64,000 nt of DNA from Phycisphaerae bacterium (GCA_009783465.1 WRDM01000008.1:2943-66942), one strand, 5' to 3'. Shown: positions 16,939 to 25,924, counted from the stretch's first letter. Translations and numbers: made by a program. The notes: a model not told the origin generated them from the letters alone.

Positions 16939-18660
16939 ATGACAACAACCCTTTCCGAAGACGCCGACCGCGCGATGCCCGCCGTGACGCCGGCGGTGTT
17001 TGTGGACGGCCTGCTGCGCGAGGATCTGGTGTGCGTGCGGTGGCAGTGGCTTGGCGGGCCAGAGTTCGGGCGGGCCGTCGTGCAGGCCCGTGGCGGCGGC
17101 GACGGGCGGCTGCCGCGCGTCGAGGAGATCGACGTTCTGCCGCCCATCGGGGCCGACGTGTGCATCGCCGGCGAGCCGGGCGGGATGGCCGACACGGAGT
17201 TCATAGGCCGGGTCGCTGCACACGAACTCGTCGCCGGACCCGAGGGCGAACAACTTTCCGCCGTCGTCGAACACCAACTCAACGATGTATTGGCCGGCAC
17301 GATCACGTCGTCGTTTCACGTGGGTGTCGGCCAGGGGCTGGTGGAACTGCCGGAGGCGGCGATTCGTTTTGGCCCGCCCGACGGCCTGTGTTCGACGCAC
17401 ACGGTCCTGCACAACGGGCGAATGACGCCCGCGTTCTCTGCCGCCGCCGATGCCACCGTCTGGACCGTCGCCGACGCGCTGGCGTATCTGCTCGCGACGG
17501 CCGTGCCCTCCACCGTCAACGCGCCGACGCATGCGCAGCTTCAACTGCTGACGAACTTTCTGCCGCTGGACGACCTGAGCATCACCGGCAAGAGCGTGGC
17601 GGCGGCGTTGCAGGCGGTGGCGGAGTTGGCCGGCCTGTCGCTACGGGCCGCCCGAGAGAATGTGGGGCTGGTGTTCTACCGCGCTGGATTCGACGGGCGG
17701 GATGCAAATGTCGCCCTTCAGCCGGCAATGGAACCGTTCTCCGCCGAGGCGACGAATCTGTGGCGCGGGCGGATCGCTTTTCGCCGCCGCCCCAGCCGCC
17801 GCGGCGTGTTGATGCTCGGCGAACGCAGACGCTACGAACTCTCCACCGGCATGCTGCCCGGCTGGAACCCGGCAAGACACACCACGCGATGGCGCGACTG
17901 CGTCCGCAGCCTGTCGCCCAACTGGGCAGCCTACGGCGACGTGTATCGCAAATGGGTGCTCAACGAACACGCGTGGTACGGCGGTTCGCCGTGGAATTTG
18001 CCGACGTGGACCGGCGCGCAGGTCAACGCGAACCATTTTCTGCTTTGCCAGCCGCGACAATTTCTGCCGTGTCTTTCCGCCAACCAGGCCAACAAAAGCA
18101 TGGGCATCGTGGTGGAAGTCAGTTGGCCCAACAGCCCGTGGCGGCGTTGGCGCGGGCCGTTGTGGGTCAGCCGCGACGAGTGCTCGGTGTACCTGGGAGG
18201 CGACGCGTTGCCGGGAGAATTTTTCCAGGCCGCCGCTGCCGGCACGGCAGGCGTTCGCGTGACGGCGTGCGTCGACGCCGACGCGAGGCTGACGGCTTCG
18301 CTGCCCGGCGACGGCGGCGCGTGGATCGTCGTGCCGGCGCCGAAAGGCCAGGGACTGTGGCGGCAGATTCACAACAGCAGCGTTTTCCTTGGCGCCTCCG
18401 GCATGGGCCAACCGGGCGTCTGCGACGACAGCGAGGTCCTGTCCCGCCTGGCCACGCGACGCCAGGAACGCCCGCCCGATGCGGTCGATGCTGATTTCGA
18501 ACTGGCGTGGGTGGATCTGGGCGTCGGCGTCGGCGACGTCGTGGACCGCGTGGCCGGCCGCGAGATCGACCTGACCGCGTGGGCCGACGCCACGCCCAGC
18601 GTGAAGGCCGTTACGCACGATTTTCTCAAACAGACCACGCGCCTGGAGGTGCACGGATGA
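16939..18660 (+). CDS. phage tail/baseplate-like large protein
   Basis: SD AAGGAG. 573 aa. Largest ORF of the module, in the tail-gene position. Confidence 0.55.
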   Translation: MTTTLSEDADRAMPAVTPAVFVDGLLREDLVCVRWQWLGGPEFGRAVVQARGGGDGRLPRVEEIDVLPPIGADVCIAGEPGGMADTEFIGRVAAHELVAGPEGEQLSAVVEHQLNDVLAGTITSSFHVGVGQGLVELPEAAIRFGPPDGLCSTHTVLHNGRMTPAFSAAADATVWTVADALAYLLATAVPSTVNAPTHAQLQLLTNFLPLDDLSITGKSVAAALQAVAELAGLSLRAARENVGLVFYRAGFDGRDANVALQPAMEPFSAEATNLWRGRIAFRRRPSRRGVLMLGERRRYELSTGMLPGWNPARHTTRWRDCVRSLSPNWAAYGDVYRKWVLNEHAWYGGSPWNLPTWTGAQVNANHFLLCQPRQFLPCLSANQANKSMGIVVEVSWPNSPWRRWRGPLWVSRDECSVYLGGDALPGEFFQAAAAGTAGVRVTACVDADARLTASLPGDGGAWIVVPAPKGQGLWRQIHNSSVFLGASGMGQPGVCDDSEVLSRLATRRQERPPDAVDADFELAWVDLGVGVGDVVDRVAGREIDLTAWADATPSVKAVTHDFLKQTTRLEVHG

Positions 18661-19220
18661 CCGCGCCGAAATTCCATGATTCGCTGTATCGGCTTGCCCA
18701 GATCGGCACGAGCCTGGGCGTGCAACTGGTTCGACTGACCGCATGCCACGGCGACAATCAGTACGCCGCCCTGCCGGTGGAGTTCGATTCCGCCGGCCTG
18801 ACGCAGGTGGCGGAGAACGCGCCGCTGACCGTATTGAACCTGGCCGAGCCTGCCGACGCGGCGGGCACGCTGCCGGCCGACACGGAGGCCGTCGCCATCG
18901 ACGTCGAGGGCAAGTGGGTGATTTTTGTCCGGCAGGCGCCGTCGTCGAATCCCTCGTCGACGCGGCTGGCCCGCGTCAGCGGCGTGCAGTCCGGCGTGGG
19001 GCGGTATTACATCCGCTGGCAGGAGTGCCTCGCGAACGGGCAGTTCCAGGACACCAGCGATCCAGACCCCGCCGTCGCGACGAACCTGGCCGAGCTGTCG
19101 TTCGGCTCGGTGGCGGCGGTGGATCTCAACACCATCGTGCCGATTCTGACCGTCGTCGACGTCACCGGCGTCGCACGGTACGTCTTCGACCATCCGGCGT
19201 ACGCGAAGTATCTGGATTAA
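18657..19220 (+). CDS. phage structural protein
   Basis: ATGA overlap with the upstream gene. 187 aa. Confidence 0.5.
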   Translation: MTAPKFHDSLYRLAQIGTSLGVQLVRLTACHGDNQYAALPVEFDSAGLTQVAENAPLTVLNLAEPADAAGTLPADTEAVAIDVEGKWVIFVRQAPSSNPSSTRLARVSGVQSGVGRYYIRWQECLANGQFQDTSDPDPAVATNLAELSFGSVAAVDLNTIVPILTVVDVTGVARYVFDHPAYAKYLD

Positions 19221-19225
19221 TTGCA

Positions 19226-19453
19226 AAAGCCACTAGCCACCAGCCACCAGGGCTTGCGTGACGCGTAGGTGAAGGAAAACCATTTGCCAGAGGGAAACGT
19301 TTCGTTGACTCGTTAACTGGTTAACTCGTTAATTCGGCGCCAAGTCAACCAGTTAACGAGTTAACCAGTTAACGAAAATGTTCCCTCGAATCTGCGACAT
19401 GATTTCACCGCCGAGCAGTCGAAAAACCTATGTGCTACGTAGCTGGTGGCTTT
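19226..19453. repeat. HS-B hairpin (GCCACTA/GCCACCA arms) containing a nested HS-E (GTTAAC) hairpin at 19290-19387
   Basis: Outer arms 19226-19252 and 19441-19453 (right arm short). The inner element is flanked by GAGGGAAAC / GTTCCCTC. Confidence 0.7.
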
Positions 19454-19470
19454 CTGAAGGGGACTTAACC

Positions 19471-20583
19471 ATGACGACAATCTATACGCCGCAGTGGGCC
19501 AATGCCAACTCGGCGGGTCTGGTGGATTCGAGCCGGTATATCCGTCGTTGTGATCTGGACGAGCTGGCCGCGGCGATCAATCGGCGGCGGCTGCTGGTGA
19601 TTCAGAATCCGTACGAGTACGGCCCGCTGCTGGATGCCCGTCCGTACGTCAGCCAGTATGCGATCGACGACAGCTCCGAGATGTCCGCGCAGGATCACTA
19701 CGCGATGGCCATGCGGCATGCGGTGATTAACAGAATTCTCTACGCGCAGCCAGGCCGCGACACCCTGCATCAGCCGGCATCGCCGAAGTCGATCACGTGG
19801 CTGTGGCCTCTGGCGGACGCCGACGAAAACAAGGCCATCACGACCTGGCTGGCGTCGCCGTCGTCGACCGCGGTAGGCCTGTTCAACCGGCTCAACGGTT
19901 CGGCCACGTGGACTCAGCCCACGCTGCACGCCAACGGCGTGGATTACGCCAAGGCCGTCCACGTCAACGAGCTTCGTCAGGCCCTCGAATGGCTGCGGCG
20001 AGGACGATGGGAACTTCCGATCTATTGGAATCTGGGGATGCTCTCGGAGGTTCCCGACACGGGGTGGTTTGGCGACAGCATCGCCAACACCGGTTCGGGC
20101 GAGTTGCGAAGTCTCGGCCTGTTGCGGGCGGTTCTTCTGGCGTCGGAAATTGGCGGCGGGATGGCGCCAAACGTGTACGGGCTTCACGGCGTGCGGGTGC
20201 TGTCGGCGTCGATTTCCATCGCGGTGAACACCGCGTGCGTCGTGGAGCTTCGCCAGGTGTTGCGTCCAATTTCGCTGGTGCGGACCGCGGGCGACTTGCC
20301 GACGTGGAATCACTATCGCGGCACGAGCAAGCTGGCATGGGCGCAGCCGGGTGGCATGGGGGCGGGCGACAGCGTGGCGATCGGCGGCGGCGCGACATCG
20401 GCGTCCCCCGGCTCGCCAGCCGTCTTCAGCGGCGGCGATCTGCTGCCGGTGTTGCAGGCAATGTTCGATCAGGAGGCGGGCCAGTTCTTCCTGCTCCGCC
20501 GCGTCGACGTCGCCAACACGATGGTCGACATCACCGGCACGACGTTGACGGTGGATTTCGAACTCACCTCGCCGCCGGCGTGA
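19471..20583 (+). CDS. phage tail-fibre-like protein
   Basis: ATG at 19471. Two 'xxNELRxAxxxLR'-type motifs ('DLDELAAAINRRR', 'HVNELRQALEWLRR'), which I have seen in phage fibre/structural proteins. Confidence 0.5.
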   Translation: MTTIYTPQWANANSAGLVDSSRYIRRCDLDELAAAINRRRLLVIQNPYEYGPLLDARPYVSQYAIDDSSEMSAQDHYAMAMRHAVINRILYAQPGRDTLHQPASPKSITWLWPLADADENKAITTWLASPSSTAVGLFNRLNGSATWTQPTLHANGVDYAKAVHVNELRQALEWLRRGRWELPIYWNLGMLSEVPDTGWFGDSIANTGSGELRSLGLLRAVLLASEIGGGMAPNVYGLHGVRVLSASISIAVNTACVVELRQVLRPISLVRTAGDLPTWNHYRGTSKLAWAQPGGMGAGDSVAIGGGATSASPGSPAVFSGGDLLPVLQAMFDQEAGQFFLLRRVDVANTMVDITGTTLTVDFELTSPPA

Positions 20584-20593
20584 AGATGCAGAT

Positions 20594-20805
20594 GCCACAA
20601 GCCACCAGCCACAAGCCACCAGGGCTTGTGGGGCGCGACGGTAAATTTTTCCATCGCGGTGGCGAGAGAGGTCCCGATGCTTCGCGGATACGGCGGTCAA
20701 GGCGGATAACTTACGTTTCGAGTCAGCGAAGCATCGGGACCTCTCTCTCTCGGACAAACGGAACGATTTTCCATTCATGCACCGCAAACCCTTGTCGCTT
20801 GTGGC
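20594..20805. repeat. HS-B hairpin with nested inner hairpin (20664-20748)
   Basis: Arms GCCACAAGCCACCAGCCACAAGCCACCAGGG / CCCTTGTCGCTTGTGGC. Inner hairpin GAGAGAGGTCCCGATGCTTCGC...GCGAAGCATCGGGACCTCTCTC. Confidence 0.8.
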
Positions 20806-20844
20806 TTTGTACCTGCGTGACGAACCACCCGAGAGGAGGGCAGC

Positions 20845-21159
20845 ATGATCAGCGTGATCACGGATTTGACGAGCATGGGGGCGGCGGGGGTGATGGGGGC
20901 GATGTGGCTGTGGGAGCGGCGTGCATCGGCCCAGCGGGAGCGGGAGTTGACCGAGTCGCACGGGCGGATCCTGCGGGACGAGCAGCGGTTGGACAAACTC
21001 ACGCACGTCGTGGAGCAGGCGACGGCGGCCATCACCCGGTTTCAGCAGACGCAGCAGGAGATGAGCGAGTTGATCAAGCACGTTCTTAAGGAGATTCATC
21101 ATGGCGGCACAACGGAAACTCGAAATCAGAAACCCGAAACTCGAAACAAACCCCAATGA
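20845..21159 (+). CDS. small N-terminal-TM coiled-coil protein (i-spanin/holin-like)
   Basis: SD GAGAGGAGGG. TM 'MGAAGVMGAMWLW' followed by a coiled coil. The last ~15 codons are encoded by a repeat arm. Confidence 0.45.
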   Translation: MISVITDLTSMGAAGVMGAMWLWERRASAQRERELTESHGRILRDEQRLDKLTHVVEQATAAITRFQQTQQEMSELIKHVLKEIHHGGTTETRNQKPETRNKPQ

Positions 21160-21342
21160 ACGGCGGAAGTTCGAAATCCAAAGCATGAAATCCGAAACAA
21201 ATTTCAAACAACAAATTCGAAACTCGAAACGGCGCCGCCAAACATCATGCCTGCGCTCCAAGGCGTCATGCGTTACCGTTTGGAATTTGCTGTTTGGGTC
21301 ATTGGGGTTTGTTTCGAATTTCGAATTTCGAATTTCGAATTT
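21114..21342. repeat. HS-F hairpin (GAAACNC / CGAATTT heptad arms)
   Basis: Left arm GGAAACTCGAAATCAGAAACCCGAAACTCGAAACAAACCCCAATGA. Right arm TCATTGGGGTTTGTTTCGAATTTCGAATTTCGAATTTCGAATTT. Confidence 0.75.
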
Positions 21343-21370
21343 ATCACGCCTGGCGATCGTGGCGTGTCTT

Positions 21371-21829
21371 ATGACGTTGCTGGGCGGCTGTGCGGCGCCG
21401 ACGGCCACGCTGGATTTGATTGCCGTCGCCCGCGCGGGATTGGCCGACGCGCGGGATGCGCAGCGGCAGTCGCACGAGACCTTGATACGGCAGTTCTCTC
21501 AGCAGCAGGCGGCGCTCGACGCGGCCTTCGACGCCGACGTCCGGCTGGCGGAGGCCGGGGCGATCCGCGACGCGCAGGGCAACCCCGTCGCGCTGGACGG
21601 GCGATGGGTGATCGCCGCCCGCAAAGGCTATGTGGCCGCCCGCGACGCCGTGGCACAACAGGCCGTTGCCGCGCAGGCCGCCCACGCCACGCGGCTGGAC
21701 AACCTCGCCGCCGCCGACGACGCGCTCCACATGGCCTGCACGCTCATCATCGAACAACAGGGCCTGAACATCCGCATGCGGCAGTACCTCCAGAAAGCCA
21801 CAAGCCACAAGCCACTAGCCACAAGGTAA
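21371..21829 (+). CDS. helical lipoprotein
   Basis: Lipobox 'LLGGC'. Start ambiguous (GTG 21359 or ATG 21371). The C-terminal 'KATSHKPLATR' is encoded by a repeat arm. Confidence 0.45.
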   Translation: MTLLGGCAAPTATLDLIAVARAGLADARDAQRQSHETLIRQFSQQQAALDAAFDADVRLAEAGAIRDAQGNPVALDGRWVIAARKGYVAARDAVAQQAVAAQAAHATRLDNLAAADDALHMACTLIIEQQGLNIRMRQYLQKATSHKPLATR

Positions 21830-21947
21830 GGATAGTCTCTGGCTAAAAGACAATGATCGCGGAAATGGCTGTACCTGTTCGATGAACCAGGATCGGCTGA
21901 TGGGTAACAGGTTTTGCCATACCTGGTGGCTAGTGGCTAGTGGCTTT
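21794..21947. repeat. HS-B hairpin
   Basis: Arms AAAGCCACAAGCCACAAGCCACTAGCCACAAGGTAAGG / CCATACCTGGTGGCTAGTGGCTAGTGGCTTT. Confidence 0.85.
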
Positions 21948-21983
21948 TTTCGTTTATCGCCGAATCACAATAAAAGGAAAACC

Positions 21984-22238
21984 GTGGACAATCAACTTAA
22001 CGACATCGTTTCTCGGGCCGTGGGACAACGCTACGACGAATGGGCGACGCAGCATCCGTCGCTGGCGAGCGTGATCGACCACGTGGAACTTTCGCAACAG
22101 ACGGCCGAGAGGCTCCGCGAAACCCCCGCGTACTGGCAGGCCGTCAACGAGTACCACACCAGCCGCAACGAACTGAACTTCCTCACCCGCCTGCTGGACC
22201 TGGCCGGCCCGGTTCTCCGGGATATCCTGGCGAAGTGA
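21984..22238 (+). CDS. hypothetical small protein
   Basis: GTG at 21984 preceded by AAAAGGAAA. 84 aa, helical. Confidence 0.35.
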   Translation: MDNQLNDIVSRAVGQRYDEWATQHPSLASVIDHVELSQQTAERLRETPAYWQAVNEYHTSRNELNFLTRLLDLAGPVLRDILAK

Positions 22239-22265
22239 GGCGACGTCAGGACGGTTCGTTTCGCC

Positions 22266-23504
22266 CTACGGCGTTTCGAGGAGATTCTGCCAGCAGCACT
22301 TGGCCGTGACGTTGTGGCGGCGGCATATGTCCAGCAGTGGGGCGGTGATGGCGGATTGGGCGGTTGGCGGCAGTCGCCAGCTTCCGCCGCGGAAGGTCAG
22401 GCGTTCGGGCGGCTGGGATTCGTGGGCGATGGATTCGTAGAGGGTTCGCATGTGTCGCATCGTGGGCGAGAGCGGGCGGTTTCGCGGCTGGACGATTTTG
22501 GCCGTGGAATATACGACGTGACGGACGCCGACCTCTTTGGCGAACGCGACCAGCCGTTCCAGGTCGTCGAGCGTTTGCGGCCATTCTCGTGACGCGGGCG
22601 TCTCGCCCGCGTTGTGTGTTCCATGGGCTTGGCCGTTGAAAGACGAAAAATCTTTTTCATCGGCTGACGGCGAGGGCTGGAAGCCCTCGCGACACGCGGG
22701 CGAGACGCCCGCGTCACGTTTTTCGGCACGCGGGAACAGCGGGTCGATTCGCAGGACCACGTCCACGCCGGCCTGGCGGAGACGGCGGATGCCTGCAACG
22801 CGGTCTTCAACGCTCGGCGCGCCGGGATCATAGAGTTTCCTGGCCTCGTCACGCCAGAACGCCAGGCTGACCTCGAGGAGAAAACCAGGCCGTGGCGAGT
22901 TGTGTTTGGACGCGTGGAGTTTTCGGAACAGTTCGTCGCAGCCCAACTCCACGGCCAGGCGTGGATTTTTCGTCAGGACGACGACGCTCGTGAATCGGTT
23001 GCGATGGTCGAGGATCCGCCGCAGCGTCAGTCGCGTGTGGCCGGCGTCGGCTTCGAGCGGTTGAAACGCGTCGGTGCTGTTGGACAGATGAATCGGCGCG
23101 GGCGGGACGTTGAAGCGTTCCAGATCGGCGAGGTCCTTATCGAGCGACCGTGCGAAATCCCGCTTCACGCCCGCTTCGGACGGCTCGTATGCGGCGGCGT
23201 AACAGTACTCGCACGCGTGCGAACAGCCGGTGTAGACGTTGACGCAGTAGCGATGCCCGCTGGGAAAATACCGTTGGCTGGCGAACGGACAATACCACTT
23301 GACGACGCGAGGCCGCGTGGGGCAGAGCGTCGGCTTTTTCGATCCGTGCGGCAGAAAATACAACGCCATGGCCGCCTGCTCTCGCGGCGTTTTTTTTTGC
23401 CAGGCCGGCGCGTATTTTTCGTCGATCCGCCGAACCAGCGACAGGCCCTCATCGATGTGGGTTGAGTTGATTGAGAACAGGCTCAATCCGCCTCCTCCGG
23501 CCAC
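22266..23504 (-). CDS. radical SAM protein (COG1533 'DNA repair photolyase'/SplB-like) carrying an in-frame repeat insertion
   Basis: 'NVYTGCSHACEYCYA' is the CxxxCxxC cluster. The central ~44 aa are encoded by the palindromic element 22588..22718. Confidence 0.8.
   Translation of the reverse strand: MAGGGGLSLFSINSTHIDEGLSLVRRIDEKYAPAWQKKTPREQAAMALYFLPHGSKKPTLCPTRPRVVKWYCPFASQRYFPSGHRYCVNVYTGCSHACEYCYAAAYEPSEAGVKRDFARSLDKDLADLERFNVPPAPIHLSNSTDAFQPLEADAGHTRLTLRRILDHRNRFTSVVVLTKNPRLAVELGCDELFRKLHASKHNSPRPGFLLEVSLAFWRDEARKLYDPGAPSVEDRVAGIRRLRQAGVDVVLRIDPLFPRAEKRDAGVSPACREGFQPSPSADEKDFSSFNGQAHGTHNAGETPASREWPQTLDDLERLVAFAKEVGVRHVVYSTAKIVQPRNRPLSPTMRHMRTLYESIAHESQPPERLTFRGGSWRLPPTAQSAITAPLLDICRRHNVTAKCCWQNLLETP
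22588..22718. repeat. GC-pal element inserted in frame in the radical SAM gene
   Basis: Termini CGTGACGCGGGCGTCTCGCCCGCG / CGCGGGCGAGACGCCCGCGTCACG. Internal GGCGAGGGCTGGAAGCCCTCGC hairpin. Confidence 0.8.
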
Positions 23505-25909
23505 CAGTCGCCGCCGGGGGGCATTTCACAGGTGCCGAGCGTTTGGAGGATGCCGCCCATGGCGGCCATGACGCCGACGAGGGCGCCCTCGTAGCCGCAC
23601 GGGTAGCCGTCCCATGTGAAGAATTCCGTTCCGGTGCGATAGCCGCCGGTGAACAGGCCTCGCTCGAAGCCGCGGTCGACGCCGCGGGCGATCGTTTCTG
23701 CCTCGGCGGCCATCCCGTACTTGCGCAGGGCGTAAAGAAAATAGGTAACCCAGAGCGGCGTGAGGCAGCCGTTGACGTAGATGCCGAAACTGTCCCAACT
23801 GTCCTGGCGGCGCGACTCCTGCACCGGCGGAATGTCCGAATGCGGCAGCGGGATCAGGTTGACCGGCAGGCCGTAGGTGAAGTAGTCCAGGCCCATATCC
23901 CGCATGTTGTTCCACAGGCCCGTCAGGGCGCGCTGGGCGGCGGCATCGTCCAGCAGGCCGAAACAGATCGGCAGAGCGGTGAACGCGACGAACGCGTGAT
24001 CGTGCAAGGCGCCGTCCTGGCTGCGCCAGCCGGCCACGAAACCGGTCTCCGGGTTGACCAGGACCTTCTGGAAGGAGGCCTTGATGCCGTCGGCCGCCGC
24101 CCTGGCCGTGGCCGACATCTCCGCGTCGCCGGCCGCCGTCGCCATCGCCTGAACATTTCGCAACCCGCGATACGCCAGGGCGTTCGTATACGCGTCGATG
24201 TGGCCGCTGCTGATGACGTCCCACCCCATGCAACTCCACAGCTTGGTGCCGCTGTTGCCGGTGAGCGTCCGGCAGCACACCAGGCCGGATTCCGTGTCAA
24301 TGTTCGCCAGCACGCGACGCGTCACTTGGAGGATCCACGGCCACATCTCGCCAAGCCAGGTCTTGTCGCGCTGGAGTTGGTACACCCGTCCGGAGGCGAT
24401 CAGCAGGCTGGGGTCGGCGTCGATGTACAGGTCGCGCACGTCGCCGTAGCCGGGCCCGCCCGTCAGCGCCATCTGGATCGTGTAACGCAGCAGATCCGCC
24501 GTGGTCGGCATGCCGGCGGGGGTGTCGGCCAGATGCGCCATGTCGGCTGGCGGATACTGCGACAGGTGGCAGTTGCACGAGACGTTGTTGTTGCTGTAGC
24601 CGCCGAACTCGGCACGGAACGTGTACGCCGACGCGAACGCACGCCGCATGCCCGCGGGAATGTCCCGCTCGGTTTTGCCGGGGGCCAACTTCGGCAGCAG
24701 CGGCGTCACCGCGAAGGACAGGTTGGCCTTGTACGTGCCCGGCGGAATCGTGAATAGGCCGTGCGGGTCCTCCGTGGCGCCGTCCAGGAGAATGCCCGCC
24801 CACGCGATGTTACGATTCCGCCAGGAGTCCACCTTCAGGCGGGCGTTCGTGCCCGACACCAGCACCGTGCCCCGGCCTGGCGCGTTGAGCATCGCCGGCA
24901 GCGACACCAGGCCGCACCGGCCTGTCGCGAACCGCGGCATGCCCAGCACGCCCGTCAGCGTCGTGCAGATGTCCCAGCAGAAGCGGAAGTCGTCCATGTC
25001 GGCCGCGACGATCGTTCGGTCCACGTGGCGGGTGATGTCGATGTCCACGCCCTTTTCGTTGACGGTGAAGCACAGGTCGAGTTTCATGCCAGGCCGGCTG
25101 CCGCTGATGTCGGTGTACACAACGCGGTTGCCCTCGACGCGTACCTGCCCGCCCATGGCCATGGCGGAGTAGTCGTCCTCAACAACGCGGAGCGACGGCC
25201 CGCTGAGCAGATCGCCGTGATAGCGGCTGGAACCGCTCCCGCTGCCGAAATCCCAGATCGTGTTTTTTGTCGTGAGGCTGGCCGTGTTTCCGAGACCGCG
25301 ATCGTCCCAGCCCAGGGCGGTGACCATCGGACGGCGCAGCGAGAAGGCGATGGCGAAGTGTGGGCTTTCGTAAAAGACCTGCGCGCCTTCGACGCGTGCC
25401 TGCATCCCCGGCGCCGCGGGCTTGCCGACGCCCGCGGGCGTCAGCGGCGGCTGATACGGCGGTTCGTAGGCGGGCCTCATCGTGCCGAGAAAATCGACCT
25501 TGTTCAGCGTGTCAAACGGAACGACGCGCTGGCTGGCCCAGAACTCCCCGTGCGACGGGCCGACGGGATACTCGTCGTCGCACACGAGCCGGAAAAGCCG
25601 CCCGCTCTCGGGGCCAGGCAGCGGGAGCTGGTGCGGCTGGGGATTCTCGGTGTCGAAGGCCGGCAGCACGCGGTCGAGGATTGTGACGAATTCCTGCGAC
25701 GATTCGCGAAAGACGTCAAGCCGTACGTGGCGAGGCAGCGCGATGCGGTAGGGCGTGTATCGCGTGCCGACCGGATGAATCACGATGGCATCGACGTCGG
25801 CGTCGCCGGCCATGCGGAAATATCGCACGCAGGCCAACCCGAGCGGCTGGCCTGGCTGAATATCAAACGCGGCGTTGGCGAAGGTCGTGAAGGCGAGCGG
25901 TGTTGTCAT
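23483..25909 (-). CDS. large hypothetical protein, C-terminal (alpha/alpha)6-barrel glycoside-hydrolase-like region (tentative)
   Basis: 808-aa ORF with ordinary composition. The C-terminal half resembles six-hairpin glycosidases by eye only. Confidence 0.55.
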   Translation of the reverse strand: MTTPLAFTTFANAAFDIQPGQPLGLACVRYFRMAGDADVDAIVIHPVGTRYTPYRIALPRHVRLDVFRESSQEFVTILDRVLPAFDTENPQPHQLPLPGPESGRLFRLVCDDEYPVGPSHGEFWASQRVVPFDTLNKVDFLGTMRPAYEPPYQPPLTPAGVGKPAAPGMQARVEGAQVFYESPHFAIAFSLRRPMVTALGWDDRGLGNTASLTTKNTIWDFGSGSGSSRYHGDLLSGPSLRVVEDDYSAMAMGGQVRVEGNRVVYTDISGSRPGMKLDLCFTVNEKGVDIDITRHVDRTIVAADMDDFRFCWDICTTLTGVLGMPRFATGRCGLVSLPAMLNAPGRGTVLVSGTNARLKVDSWRNRNIAWAGILLDGATEDPHGLFTIPPGTYKANLSFAVTPLLPKLAPGKTERDIPAGMRRAFASAYTFRAEFGGYSNNNVSCNCHLSQYPPADMAHLADTPAGMPTTADLLRYTIQMALTGGPGYGDVRDLYIDADPSLLIASGRVYQLQRDKTWLGEMWPWILQVTRRVLANIDTESGLVCCRTLTGNSGTKLWSCMGWDVISSGHIDAYTNALAYRGLRNVQAMATAAGDAEMSATARAAADGIKASFQKVLVNPETGFVAGWRSQDGALHDHAFVAFTALPICFGLLDDAAAQRALTGLWNNMRDMGLDYFTYGLPVNLIPLPHSDIPPVQESRRQDSWDSFGIYVNGCLTPLWVTYFLYALRKYGMAAEAETIARGVDRGFERGLFTGGYRTGTEFFTWDGYPCGYEGALVGVMAAMGGILQTLGTCEMPPGGDWWPEEAD

Positions 25910-25924
25910 GGGGACCTCGTTTCA

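Noticed and set aside
19465-21408. 647-aa ORF on the - strand
   Set aside because: It is antisense to the fibre-like gene and crosses three repeat elements. It has Arg/Pro-rich shadow composition.
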